64,000 bases of DNA, from NCBI GenBank assembly GCA_021613535.1, contig CP075492.1:9176001-9240000 (forward strand). The letters run 5' to 3'. The notes below the pieces were generated by a model. It was not told the DNA's origin, ran no database searches, and worked only from the letters and a program-made list of their open reading frames with translations. Source of the stretch: Adineta vaga (taxonomy: Eukaryota > Animalia > Rotifera). Positions 29,241 through 42,515 of the stretch are shown here, piece after piece (the first letter of the stretch is position 1; every line of letters begins with the position of its first letter). The position numbers were made by a program, and so were the translations under genes.

Positions 29241-29604
29241 TCAGTCCGTATTAGAGATATCTTGTAGTAATGATGAATCAGTTGACATATCGGATAATGA
29301 TGTACGAACTAAAACCAAAATGACATTTGTTTATGAAGAGAACATATATGCATATATATATATATCAATAGAAGGAAACGGAATTCTTACCTGATAGAGA
29401 AGAATTTATTTGAAAACGATCGATTAATTGATCTTCTAATTGTCGAATGTAACGAATAGTTTCAAGAACAATTTCAATTGGTGTTGAGGTTGGTTTTTGT
29501 TTTAATGTTGGTAAAATTGATTTCAATTTTTTCAATTCGACTTTCGCTAAATTGGGTTTAGTTTGTTTCGTTGATTCCATTGATGAAGCAGTTTTTCGAG
29601 TCAT
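29241..29604 (-). CDS. Id/extramacrochaetae-like HLH protein lacking a basic region
   Basis: Exons 29604-29391 and 29308-29241. HLH LKKLKSILPTL...IEIVLETIRYIRQLE, plus VRTSLSDMSTD, which resembles the RTPLTTLNTD tail of vertebrate ID proteins. Confidence 0.72.
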
Positions 29605-31019
29605 TTTTACTGGTATAACAAGAAAAATCGGTGTGTAACGAGTGTCGATGGATGTGTGTAGTCAGGTATATATTATATATGTGGACAGAAAGATTCGATG
29701 AATAGAAAGAGAGAGAGACAGAGGGAAAGAGCAAGAGGTGAGCGAAGAAGAAAAAAAAAGAACGAAAAGAGAACATACATACCGATTGGTTCGTTTGTCG
29801 CATCACATACTATCACCGAGACATGAAGAAAGCGAAAAAAGAATAATCGTCTGAATCACGTTTATGACACATCAACATCCCGTTTGCTTTATTTTTATCA
29901 CCGGTTAATTTGCATATAAATATATGTCAAGCTAAGACTTCAATACCACGTATATATGTTCTTTCTTTTCTATTCGAGTTACTTGAATTTTTGTTTCTCT
30001 CTTTTTTTTACGAATGATCATTAAATTCGATAAGTGTTAATGTGTATTGCAATCGCGTGATTCATTGTCAATGCTCATCCTTCTGTCTATTCACGTTCTA
30101 CATGAACAATACCAAATATATAGTTTCATTGACATGATGTCCTATTGATAATAATAATGATGAATTCATTATTCGATTATAGACAGGAATGAAATTCTTC
30201 TTTTTTCTTGTCATGCTCATTAATTTGAACAGCATGTCAAAGGATAAAGACAAATATTTTTCAACTTTAATTCAAAGTTATTGAAAAGGACATTCTTGAA
30301 ATATTTTCAAGCATCAGAACACCTTTGTCTTTCTTTTCATACGTCCGAATTAATTTACGAGTGGGTTTAACTTATCGGAATATAGACGTTCGTTTCGTTC
30401 TTTGTTGTTTATAGTAAAGTGAACTTGACATCGTCGTTAAAGCGGTATGATTTAAGTCTTTGTCTTTGATAAAATGATACGAAGAGAAATATAATCAGTT
30501 TTTCTTTTTCTTCTTCTTACCTTACATCTGCTCGCGATTCGAACAATAATCAGGCGGAGCATATTTTCAATATCATTCGGTATTGATTATCTCTTTGATC
30601 TTATTTGTTCAACTAATTAGGAAGTAGAACGAAGGACAATTGAAAGATGCATTTAATCAAACAAAAAGAAAAACAGACAGACAGGTTTACTACTATAACG
30701 ATGATCACAAAAGAAAAAAGGTCAAGAGCATGAATAAATAATTTACAGTGAACGAACCCTATTTCTGTACTACCTGCTGAGTTTATGATTTGAAGAGGAA
30801 AAGAAGAACTTATGTGAAACTTTTGTTGATTGAATTTCAACGATGTAAGATGAATTTCATTACTAACGTACGAATATTGAAGAACACGACGAACTGTTAT
30901 CATACAACATCTTTTGCTTATCAGCTGTTTTAAAAATAGAGTACATTATTAATCTAAACATCTTAATATAATAATGTTTATCACTTATATTGTTACGTTC
31001 TTACTCAAAGTTTGATAAC

Positions 31020-31025
31020 AAAAAA
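31020..31025 (-). terminator. Pol III oligo-T terminator of the tRNA gene
   Basis: T6 run on the minus strand, 11 nt downstream of the tRNA 3' end. Confidence 0.6.
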
Positions 31026-31036
31026 GACAAGTGTAC

Positions 31037-31108
31037 GGGTCTGACCGGTAATCGAAACCGGAACCTCACGCATCCGAAGCGCGAATCATACCATTAGAAC
31101 ACCAGACC
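31037..31108 (-). tRNA. tRNA-Pro(CGG), with non-canonical U53-A61, U10 and A37
   Basis: GGTCTGGTGTTCTAATGGTATGATTCGCGCTTCGGATGCGTGAGGTTCCGGTTTCGATTACCGGTCAGACCC is 72 nt and folds into a cloverleaf with a CGG anticodon. Confidence 0.85.
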
Positions 31109-32622
31109 TCAAACTCTTATTTTCACTAGTATTCGTTGAGATTATATTAATCATAACCTATGGATTCATAGAATCCGTTGAAGAAAAAAAAAGCAGTATC
31201 GAAATATACGCTTCACAGTTAAATCATCATATAAACAATCTATAATCAAGATATAAATAGTACCAAGTATCCATTGATTGATATACATATGATCGAACAG
31301 ATTTTTCTCGTCTGTTTAGTGATAGTATGATTTATATGCATTTTGAATGTATCATTGACAACAAGCCATATGTGACATCGGCAATTCTATATAGATTGTT
31401 TTTTGTTTATCAGAATACATCGAGCTAAAAGAGTGTACCCAGATATCTTCTCGTCATTATGTTGAATAAAACGATGGTCGAAAGTAATCTCATATTCGTT
31501 TCTCAACAAGGTAAGTGTTTCAATTACGTTATATGACATATATATATATATAATAATTAATTTATGATAAAATATATTTACCCTGAAGCTAAATATTACT
31601 TAGTATATAATAATACATAGTGTTACATGAGATTCTATATTCGACCATTCAAACTTCACTAGTGCAGGAAATGTTCTTCGCTGGAAAAGAATTTTCCTTC
31701 GAGAATATAAATTCATTGATCATTACGCAAATCTGTCTGACGTCAATAAGAATTAATGTGTGAGATAAGTTTGACGTTGCAGAAGAATGAGTTTTTTCTT
31801 TGTTTCTATAATTATATTCTGTTGCATAGAAAAACGATGTCAGATTAGATCTGAACCGATGCTTTTATGTTCGAAAGAATGTAAGTTCATCAATTGAAGA
31901 ACAACTTTAGTAGTAAAAAAAATATTTAACTTCGAAGCAAATATGATGAAGAATACAAAACCTATGAAAAATTGATGTTTATTATTGACAATTCTGTAAT
32001 TATTCTATCATTTTATTTTGTTAATTTAGTGTTAATTATATTCTCCTATTTCCATATTAATTCTGAAATTCTTGGAGAAAATAAATGAGATCGACTATGT
32101 GCTTCTTTGCCGGCAAGTACATCGATTTACTATCATTCATATTCCCAAAAGAACAAACGAAATGAGATGAAGATGAAGAAAAGAGAAAAGAAAAATGCAA
32201 AATTGTTTGAGAGGATTAATAACACATTGTTGAATGTTGCTCTATATTAACTACACTGATCTTGACAAGAGAGAAAGCAGAGTATCAACTTTGTAACAAA
32301 ATCTGTTAAATAAAACTTTTCTTTCGACGATTCTTTCAGTTGTAATACATGTGACCAACGATAAAAAAAACGAATAGATAAAAGCGAAGAATAGAAGAAC
32401 ACAGTCATCTCGTTCGGTATTTATTCGTGCGTAGAGAGAAAGAAGAAAAAAGTAAGCAAATGTATTCGAGTTTGATATATTGAGTACAAGTATATATTCC
32501 TTACACAAAGTGTACAGATTAGAAATACATTATTTCTTTTAACTAATCTTATTTTAGGATACTTATGAATCATAAATGACTTCTTCTTCTTCTTCTTATT
32601 ATTATTATTATATAATTTCGAA

Positions 32623-34069
32623 ATGTTTTTTCGTTTACGTTTGATTATTGTTCGAAGTTGTATTATTTCAACGATTATAATCGTCTTTTTACAAGTTGTG
32701 GCATTTTTAAAAAATGATTTATATGAATTACAAAAGACGAGAAGATTATTGAAAGCAGAAAAATTATTTTGGTTAAAACTTGAAGATGAAGATAAAGTTC
32801 TAACGACTATCAACGTATTCAACAAATAGAAGCAGTTAAAAAGACAAATGTCAATGAAAATATTAATTGGACGAATATATTTTTTGATAATTATAAAAGA
32901 AAATTACAAAAATTGAATGAAAGAAATGCACAAAACATGTATAAATATCGATTTAAAGATCATCAACAAAATATTTCTCAAAAAACTTACAAAATTTTCG
33001 AAGAAACTCTAGTAAGTAGATTATTTAGTTATTGAATATACAAAATTGTATGTTCATTTTTTAGGTCTTTACCCGTCCGAAGTTCTGCTCATCATCACGA
33101 GTATTTCATCCACAATGTCCATATACAAATTGTCATTGGAGTTGTAAAAAACCGTCCATTAATGAAAAGAATTTTCGTCGTGCCAGTGTATTTCATCATG
33201 TTGATATAAATGAAACGGAAATGTATGAAAAATTTCGACATCGTGCATATAACGATATTTGGATTCTATGGATTGATGAAGCTAATCGTTCGATTAGTCA
33301 TTTAAATCAATATAAATTCAATTGGACATTAAGTTTTCGTCAAGATTCAGAAGTATCCATTGGTACATATGGTATTTTAATCGCTCAAGATAAAAGTAAA
33401 TTCTCATCAAATGAAAATTTAATACTTGATCAAAGATATCGTCAACTTTTTATTGATCGAAATATTCATATATCTCATATGAAAATTGAAAATCGTATTT
33501 TACTTAACTATCGTTATCGTCATAAGCATGCTCTTTGGTTTGTTTCGAATTGTTCACCAAGACGTCGTTTTCAATATTATACCGAATTAAAAAAATTCTA
33601 TCCAATCAATGCTTATGGTAGTTGTGTTGAAAATAAATGTGATCGAAATCATCGTTGTGAATATCAACAATCTCATCTAGCATTATTCTATCTTGCATTT
33701 GAATCACAAAAATGTCAAGATTATATAACAGAAAAGTTTTGGCGTGCATTATATTATGGAATGATACCGATAGTTTTAGGACCATCAAAACAATCTTATT
33801 TAGATTTAGGTATACCACATACAGCATTTATTCATACGGATGATTACCCATCTGCTGAAGAACTTGCCGATCATTTACATGCGATATCAACGGATTATTT
33901 TCGTTATCGAACATATTTTCAATGGTTACATCGATATGAAGCATTCTTCGATATGGATACATTAGAACCAATACGAATGTGTGAATTATGTATGAGATTA
34001 AATATGCAAGATTATCAAGAACATAGTTTTTATACGAATATTCATGAATGGCATCGAATATCATGTTAA
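32623..34069 (+). CDS. Alpha-1,3-fucosyltransferase (GT10), with an apparent 1-nt deletion near 32794-32796
   Basis: N-terminal signal anchor, FNWTLSFRQDS, WFVSNC and the alpha-1,3 motif FYLAFESQKCQDYITEKFWRALYYGMIPIVLG. Exons 32623-33011 (frameshifted) and 33065-34069. Confidence 0.88.
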
Positions 34070-34595
34070 ACTTTGAGATTTTTATCTGTTTGTAAATCAG
34101 TTTCGTTAAAAAGAAATTTCTTGATTGATTAAGAAGAAAACTGTTAAGTTTTATTAATAATAATTTGATCTACATATGAAGAATGCGACACATACATACA
34201 AATTGAAAAAAAAGTTTCATTCTTGCTTGTTGCTATTGTTTACAATAACGATAACGATAACATTGGAGAGTCGAAAAGTTTGATTTGTAAGAAAAAAATC
34301 TACTCTCAACTCGTGCATTCTCTATTTACTTTTAACGCAGTCACTGTTATTAGAATTGCACTTCAATTAACAGAAAGGATTGAGTAGCAATAGAGAGAAA
34401 AGCAATGTTACTGAGAGTGTCTCTGTCATCGAAATCGTCCATAACGACGATCAACATCAATGGCAACCAACATGTGTGTATACACATCAGACATTTCTTC
34501 TTTTTCTTTTTCATTTTGTGTATTTTATCCATTCTTTGAACTGAAAATAACTTTTCAACGTTTTCTTATTATTTCTTCCTTGTAAAATTCAGATT

Positions 34596-36435
34596 ATGCC
34601 GTCTGAAATCTTTCAACCGTTGATACATGATCCATTAGGATGGAAACAATCGAAAACATCCTATACAGATCATTACAAATGGAGAAAAAATGGTTCGACA
34701 AATAAAGATAAACTTATTTCAGCTTATAGTCAACGATATCAACGACAATTACGTAAACAAAAGACAACAAATCAACGTGGACCATTAGTAACAAGTGCGG
34801 AGCAACCATTTAATCGTGTTATTGTATTAAGAAAATGTGGAGATAATCAAGAACAACAACCACCTTTAACGTATCGATATTTACCAACGAAAACACCAGT
34901 GTTTATTGTCGAACAGAAACCACGACCAGCAACAGCTAATGTAGTAAGAGATATACAAATTGTGAAATAACAGAGATTATTTTTTCTCTCCTTTTCAGGA
35001 TTCGATCTGTTGTACACAAGAATTACAACGTCCACCAACAGCTCCACCTGTTCTTCAAGGTGAATAAATATTTTTCGTCATGAATAGGAAATCTTATATC
35101 AAGTTGTTTTCATTTTTTCTTTGGTATAGAACAAACTACTCCACCGGCAGAAGTCGAACAAACTGAACAATCAGCAAAAGAAGAGAAGGTAAAAGAAAAG
35201 CGTCCTGTTAATGCAGATAATGACAATTCTCGACATTGGTTAACTTTTCTAAATCCGAAAACACCTCAAAAGATTATCGATGCTAAACAACGCTTAGGGC
35301 AATTAAATATTCCCTCTACACTTGCTCGACCTTCAACAGCATCAAATACATCAACGGAAAAACAACAAATAACTCAACCAATTATTCGACCATCATCGGC
35401 TTCTACTGCACAGAAAAAATCTAGTGATGATCAACATCATTTTCTTACTTTTGAAAAACGTGAAACACCTGAAGATTTACGAGCTAGTCGTTATCGTCTT
35501 GATAAACATCGATATAATTCATCCATAGATAATTATCCACCACGTCCACAAACATGTCCAGAACGTCGATATGATTCTCCTAAACCAATCACTCCACCTA
35601 CATGGAAAACTAATGCATATTCATCGCAATCACCTAAAAGTGATGTATGGGTTGTTGAAGATGAACGAAAACCACCGACATCAATTTCTCGTCCATCATC
35701 GAGTTACTTACAGATTGTTAATTGTGATAATCTTCCAAATGAATATGCCACTGCACTTGAAATATCGAATGCTGCACAGAATGAATATGAAAAAAATTTG
35801 AAAATAAATGCTGGCAGAAGACCTGATAATCATGTTTATCGTCTCTCGGCAATGTTACCTGACAATAACAACGTTTCATGCGTAAGTCAATAATCATTAG
35901 ATGAAGAGAGAAAAAAGAATGTTTAAATAAGGTTTCTTCTATATCTTTATATATATATGTTTAGATTACTTATCAAAATCCTCAACAATCAATCGGAATG
36001 GACAGCCAATTGCGTCAAGTTGTACGAACGTCTGACAATGATTTAGGTGCTTGGATTCGAAATGCAACAGATAAAGGTAAGTGAAAATAATGAAAGCTAT
36101 TACTAATCAATCATTTAACTAAATTTAGAACGAGCATCGGCGATGAAAATCGTTCAAGATGTTCTCAATCCAACACTTATTGGTCAAGGATCCAATCGAA
36201 CATTATCATCAACAAGAAAATTAGGTCGTACACGTACTCAACATAAATTTCCATGTGAAATATGTGAAAAACTTCTCATTAAACGTCATGTTTGGGATTT
36301 AAGCGGGTAAGTAATGAACTTATGATTTTCTTTTATATAAAAAAGCAAATCTTTAATGAAAAAAATTTCACATTCAACAGGTTAGAAACATTAAATTGTT
36401 CACATCATCCTCAGAGTATTCAAGATCGAGTATAA
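34596..36435 (+). CDS. Uncharacterised Pro/Ser-rich protein with RPxTA/RPSS repeats and a C-terminal CxxC
   Basis: About 6 GT-AG exons. Motifs TSYTDHYKW, RPATA, RPSTA, RPSSA, RPQTC and FPCEICEK. Confidence 0.65.
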
Positions 36436-36647
36436 GATCATAGGTTTGCACATGCATGATATTTTCTATTTATTTTCACAAGTGTTGATGTTGATTCACA
36501 AATAGTTTTCTTTTATTTTCTTCATAAATTTAAACATTGTTTTTATTTACTCTTCTAGATTTCAATGTCCACATGCGACAACGATCGAATAGAAAACTAA
36601 ATATTTGAACACTATTCTCTTTTTTTTCTTCTTCTTCTTCTCCTTCT

Positions 36648-37489
36648 TTATTGTTCATTTATTTTTGTAAAAATAAGGAGAAAGAATATATTGAAAGGAA
36701 AGATTTTTGATGAAGAAGAATTGAAGATTTTCAATGAATATGTTGTAGTATGAAATATTAAATCACGTAAATGTCGACGTCGAACTTCATTACAATGAAT
36801 TAGTAGGCCATGAGTTTGATTGATGACAAATTGTTCGATTTTATGTTTGTCACTCGTTAAAATATTTAACATTCGATTATTTCGACGGCGATGTTGATGA
36901 AAATGATTCTTCGGAGATTCTGTTGTGAGAAGAACAGGAGTGGTAGTTTGAAACATAGATGTTTGATTGAGTGTGTCGGAGATGATTAAATCTTTTAAAA
37001 ACTGAATTGAATAGAAAATCTATGAAATAGAATTTCTTTCTAATGAAACTAACTTTTTCAATCATTGAAATATGAACTAAATCAGATGAATTCGTAGATA
37101 ATACTCGAACTGGTTGTGTGGTTATTTCTGTCTGTATTGAATTTCGTTGCTTTCCGGATGTATGCATAAATCGATGGTTGATACACTTTACCTGAATATA
37201 TGAATGTATATATTTATTATTTTGACACAATTGATACATACTAAACTTGTTGCTTCACATTCTTTTAAATCACGATCAAATTGAGTTCCTGCTGGACATT
37301 TACGCTTCACTGCTCGCATGTACACTGGTCCACAAAGATACAATGCCAATAATAACGACAATCATCTGACTCAATCATGGGATGAAATGAATCATCATCA
37401 TGATCTGTACAGTCAAATGTATCTTCACCATAGATTTCCATTGATAATAAATGTAGCAAAATCGTTAGAGTTAGTGATGATACTATCAT
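36648..37489 (-). CDS. Secreted chitin-binding type-2 (peritrophin-A) protein, possibly GPI-anchored, with an apparent 1-nt deletion near 37331
   Basis: Signal peptide, then FDC...DDCRYYWHC...KRKCPAGTQFDRDLKEC...VKC (6-Cys pattern, complete only across the frameshift). C-terminus NSSSSKIFPFNIFFLLIF is hydrophobic. Confidence 0.8.
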
Positions 37490-38550
37490 TTCAAAGAATA
37501 ATTTGGGTAGACTAGATATATTGAATTAGGTGATTAGTGACTAGATAGACATGTTGCTTGTGTGTCGTTTGTCTTCTACCTCTGTCTGTGTGTACATATA
37601 TTTAGTAGAAGGAAAAAGAATTATCTTGATTTCATGTCATCAATCAACATTGAGAACTTTTCAGTCACATAATTCGATCGATGTTGGAAAGAAAAAAATG
37701 CAAATTATTAATATTTGGTTGGTAAATTTCAAATGAAAATAATGAGTATGATTATTTTTCTGCATGTGTATGTTACTTTATATGTCAATGCATTGAATGA
37801 CAGTGTCTTGGAATGATTTAATCTAGAGAAACGACGTCAATCGGCTTCTTTTTTTCTATCACTATTTTTTTATTAATATTTCGGCGAAGGTAAAATCGAA
37901 TATCCAGACATTATTGAAGACCAATAATCAATCGTCCTTTAGCTATCTTTTTCATTAAATGACAATGAAAGAAAACTAACAGCGCGTGTGAAGGAAACGT
38001 AATGTTAAAAAAAATATGAATCTGCTTTTTGATATTAATCACTACGAATAAATATAAATATTGGCTATAGATTTGCTATGCAAATATCTATTTGTAACTC
38101 TAGTATAGTTTACCAGTGATTAAAAAAAGATTACTTTGACTTTAAAGTTTGAAATAATAGAATGTGAACAGTTGATGTGAAAAAAAAACATGTCAACAAT
38201 TAGAAAGAAACTATTACATATTGTTGTAATCTTAGAATGTATATAAATAGAGTAGATTCGATTCATTTGAATCTATATTATTTAACGATCAAATTTATTT
38301 TAGTTAGACGAAAGATGAAAATAGGGCTTTCAAGGTCAATTTACTATCGTGTAATACGTATTAGTATGAGTTATAAATCCATCCTTACAATACTGACAAT
38401 ATTTATCTATAGTGTATGTTTTTCTTCTCATCCAAGGCGATAACGCTTGAATGATTTTCTACGTTGTCTAATCTTCTATCGTTGTATTATGTTCAGGGTC
38501 GAAAGCATTTACTATTTATCATCTAATTTTATCATAGTCTATTATATGAG

Positions 38551-40493
38551 ATGCAGGGAGTGGGCGTATACGGTGCTGCTCCTGCTGCATCCAGTGCTGC
38601 AAATTCAACGGGATTAATGGCTGCTGTTGCCACTGGTCTAGCTCTTATTGTTATCGGCACAGGTCTTGGTTTAGGCTTAGGTATTGGTCTTCATAGTGAT
38701 GATAGAAATCTTACACTTATCACAACAACGACTCTCTCAACATGTAAGATAAACACGTCTTTCCTTATTCCAAAAGTATTCGAAAGAATGATATTAACGA
38801 AGTTTCCTATCTAATGTTGTTTGAAAAGTGATTTCATAGCTGTGGCCTAAAATTTTCATTCAATTTGAGAGAATAATTGAACTTGAAAAGGCAATTGAAG
38901 AGATGACAATGCCGATAGATTCTGATCTTAAACATATACTTCAGTATGAAATCATTTGTTTTTCCAAAGGAAGGAGCCAGTGCCAGTGTGAATATAATTT
39001 CATATCTAATATTGTTCATATATAGAGTTTCTAGAAACCAGAAAACTATCTGCTTCATTTATTATTATATCTATTTTAGCATCAACTACTACAATAGAGA
39101 TATCAACGACAACAACAACAACAACTACAACTACAACAACTACTGTTACTGGTAAGTGAAAGAGTTCGAATTACTTCTGAGAACAGAAGTGTCTTTTCTA
39201 TGTAGTCTTGTCGGATAGTTGACAAAAACAGAAGACCATGAAATGTATTTTCGCGAATGATTCAATAGAAAATTATTTCATTTTATACATTACGAAAGTT
39301 TAATAAGATATGAACTATTTTTTTCTATTTAATTTGATTACATATAGTAACGACAGCAACAGTCAGTTCAGTATATGAAGGATCGTTATCAAGTATTAGT
39401 TCAATATATGGTGGTGTGAATCAATCAACAACTAACTTCACTTATGAAACTATTCAAGTGATCGCTAGTACAAATGACACTTATATTTTTACAAGTACTA
39501 GTGGTAGTAATTTGAAGTTCTTTGGATATCTGTACAATAATAGTTTTCTTCCTGCAAGTCCACAGACACATTTGATTGCAAGAGATGATAGTACAACAGG
39601 ATCATTACAGTTTAATCTTACGAGTACTCTTCAGGCTCTTACTGAATATGTCTTGGTTGTGACAACTGCAAATCTAACGTCAACAGGTCCATTCAATATC
39701 ACTGCAACTGGTCCAGGAACTGTAACATTTACGCGTCGAAGTACCACTTCACAAACAGGTGAGCATGAGCTCAATTTGCATACTATTAACTGAATGATCC
39801 AAAGATAACTTCATAAAAACAAACGTTGCTCAGATTTCATTGTTTTACTAGTAGAAATTTTAAAATATCCAAATAGTTCGTATGTTTATATAAGAAGAAA
39901 ATTTTGAGTAATTATCACTGTCAATTATTTTAACGTCAACGTTTTTAAATGTGTTAATCAGCTAGTATTTCTATGTGATCCATGTTTTCTTGTTTTCAGC
40001 ATCGTATGGAACTGTTTCCACGAATGGAACGGATGCTGCAATCAGCAATACTGCCGCTGTGAACCTCAATGATGTTGTTAGAGATGTAGATGGAACATCC
40101 ACTACTGGTTATGTAAACCAAGCTTCAATGTCATTTGTTACAGCTCCAACAGCTAGCACGGGTTTGATTTATATAATTGTATTGAATCGAACCGGTTCAA
40201 CATTCGTATTTACTCCAATTTCGACCTATCAAATACCTACATCAAATATCACTGCAACAACAGGTGTTCAAACATATGCAATTCCTCGTAATCAACTTCC
40301 TGTTATCACTGGTCAGTATGTTGGCGTAGGACTTGGTACAGGTGGTGGTAGTCTGGGTATGACACCACGTTTAACTGCTGCAACTCTTGCTGTTACAAAT
40401 TTCGCAACATTAGCTGCAGCTACGTACACCAATGTCTCGATTGGAGTAGCTTTTCAATATTCCGTTTTTTCTGCAGCAGCTGTTGTTGGTTAG
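38551..40493 (+). CDS. Type II membrane protein with Thr-rich stalk, PPC-like beta-sandwich and a C-terminal beta-rich domain
   Basis: Phase-consistent exons 38551-38743, 39080-39151, 39348-39758, 40000-40493. TM LALIVIGTGLGLGLGIGL; domain YIFTSTS...FGYLYNNSFLPASPQTHLIARDD...YVLVVTT...GPFNITATGP. Confidence 0.75.
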
Positions 40494-41037
40494 TCTCGTT
40501 ATCTCAGTTAAATAACATGTTTGATCTCTTATGTAATTGGATCATTAATTGTCTCTGCAACTATGCTCTGGTACTAGTGATAATTTATTGATTCGTATAG
40601 TTTCATTTTTCTTTCAAACTTCAATTTATCAGAAGTATATGTATTCTTTTCTCTTACTAATATTCATGTATTCGTAGTTGTTCTTTTCAACTAACTCTCT
40701 TTTTTTCCTCATTTCAATGTTCTTTCGTTCTAATAAAATAATTAACGCGATGTTGATCTTGAATGAAACTTCTAGTACTACAGAATTATGAAAAGAAAAG
40801 AAACTCGTTTTTTTTTTCTATTTCAAGGTATCGGTATTATTTTTCGAAAATGAACGAGACAGGAAAAAAAATAGCATATGAAAGAGAAAAGAAATGAGTG
40901 AACAAAGTTGGTGAATTTTGTCGTTCTATAGATCAGAAAATATCCTAAAATAGAAACTTTGATCATCTTCTAAATATTACGTTAAATAAAGGAACAAAGA
41001 AGAAAAATAAGTCTCGTTGATGAAAGAAAAGATTTCT

Positions 41038-42216
41038 TTAACTTTCAAGTTCAAGTCCTAGACCAACTTTGTGTCCGCCAGCATTCAAATTTCGAACTTC
41101 AAATAATCCTGATAAAGTTAATTTTACACCTAAATCAAGAGATATTAGTTCTATTTATATTCCTATTGAAGAAACATACCTGGACGAAGCAGTTGTTGAA
41201 AAGAAACACCGACTTGACAGACATTATTAACTTTAACGCCGATAGCAGTTTGAGAATCAAGTTGATATTTGGAAGCGAGTGCAAAACGAGTTTGATTTGT
41301 ATTCGCTGCCCACGCTAATTGCACACCAGTTTCAAGACGATTGTTAAGACGTTGATAAACACTACCACCAACTTCATTTCCATCATTTCTATTCAATAGT
41401 AACATGAAATATTGTTATTTTCTTTCAAAATATATAAATCTACTCAAACTAATAAACTATGAAATTGCAGCTAGGTAAAACTATATATTGATAGTCACTT
41501 CTGATAATAATGGAATGATTTCTAGTATCTATTCTTGGATAAATATACTTACAAATTTGCAAACAATGTAAAATCTCTGCCTTTAAATCCAACAGCTAAA
41601 TTATTCTTTGTTAATGCTGCTTTTGCTGTACTGTATACATATTGATAACCAGCTAACCAGCCTTGATGACCTAAGACAACAGATCCATTAAGAATTGGAC
41701 CAGCAACATCAAAACCAATATTTGTTTCAACATGAGCTTTATCATGAACAAAAGATGTACGAAGATCAGCTGTCTTTTTTCTGAAAAGAATATTAATTCT
41801 ATTTTTGATGTCTAACAAAACTTGATCTTACCCTGTATGAGGACTAAGACTTCCATCAAAAACGATTTTAAAGCCTTGAGCTAATTGATCATCAGCTGTT
41901 ACTTCAAATTTAAGTAAATTATCGGTATTCCATTTTTCCAAAAATGTCAATCCATATTCGGGAACAACATATTTCGTTTCCAAACTACCAACAGTTCTTG
42001 CTGTTTCAGTATTGTGTTCACCGATTACATTGAAGTTAACTTTATTTGCCGTACGAGTTTTAACATCAAGTTTAAGTACATTGAAAACTATGAAAATTAA
42101 AGGTATACGAGCGCATGAAAAGATAGTAGAAGAATTCAATGAATGAACATACAATAGCCTTTATTGAATATGTCTGTTGCTTGTTTATTAAGATCACCGA
42201 ATTTGGGTGGAGCCAT
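41038..42216 (-). CDS. VDAC: Voltage-dependent anion channel (mitochondrial porin)
   Basis: Five exons: MAPPKFGDLNKQATDIFNKGY...GSLETKY...YGLTFLEKWNTDNLL...GGSVYQR...GGHKVGLGLELES*. Confidence 0.96.
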
Positions 42217-42515
42217 TACTTAAATTTCAGCGAAAGAAGTCTTTATCTCGATAGCTGGTAGATATAGAAAGTAAAGTAAATAAATAATGGGTTGGTTGGT
42301 TGGTTCTTTCCGTAGATATAAGTTTTGATTGATGAAAATATGTACCAATCAGAAAATTTCTTTGCGATCTACTCTCTTTTCGTAATGTATTCGTCGTAAA
42401 ACTTTTGTTTTTACAAAAATGAACAAGATTTGCAGAAAAGAAATTCTATTGGTAAACACAAAGTATAAAACAGTATGAAACAACGGAGGCAGTCGCTCAG
42501 TTTAATCAGAGTGCA
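42217..42515. promoter_or_regulatory. Candidate bidirectional promoter between VDAC and MDH1B
   Basis: Divergent ATGs about 300 nt apart. CCAATC near 42346 and ATTGG near 42448 lie in opposite orientations. Confidence 0.45.
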
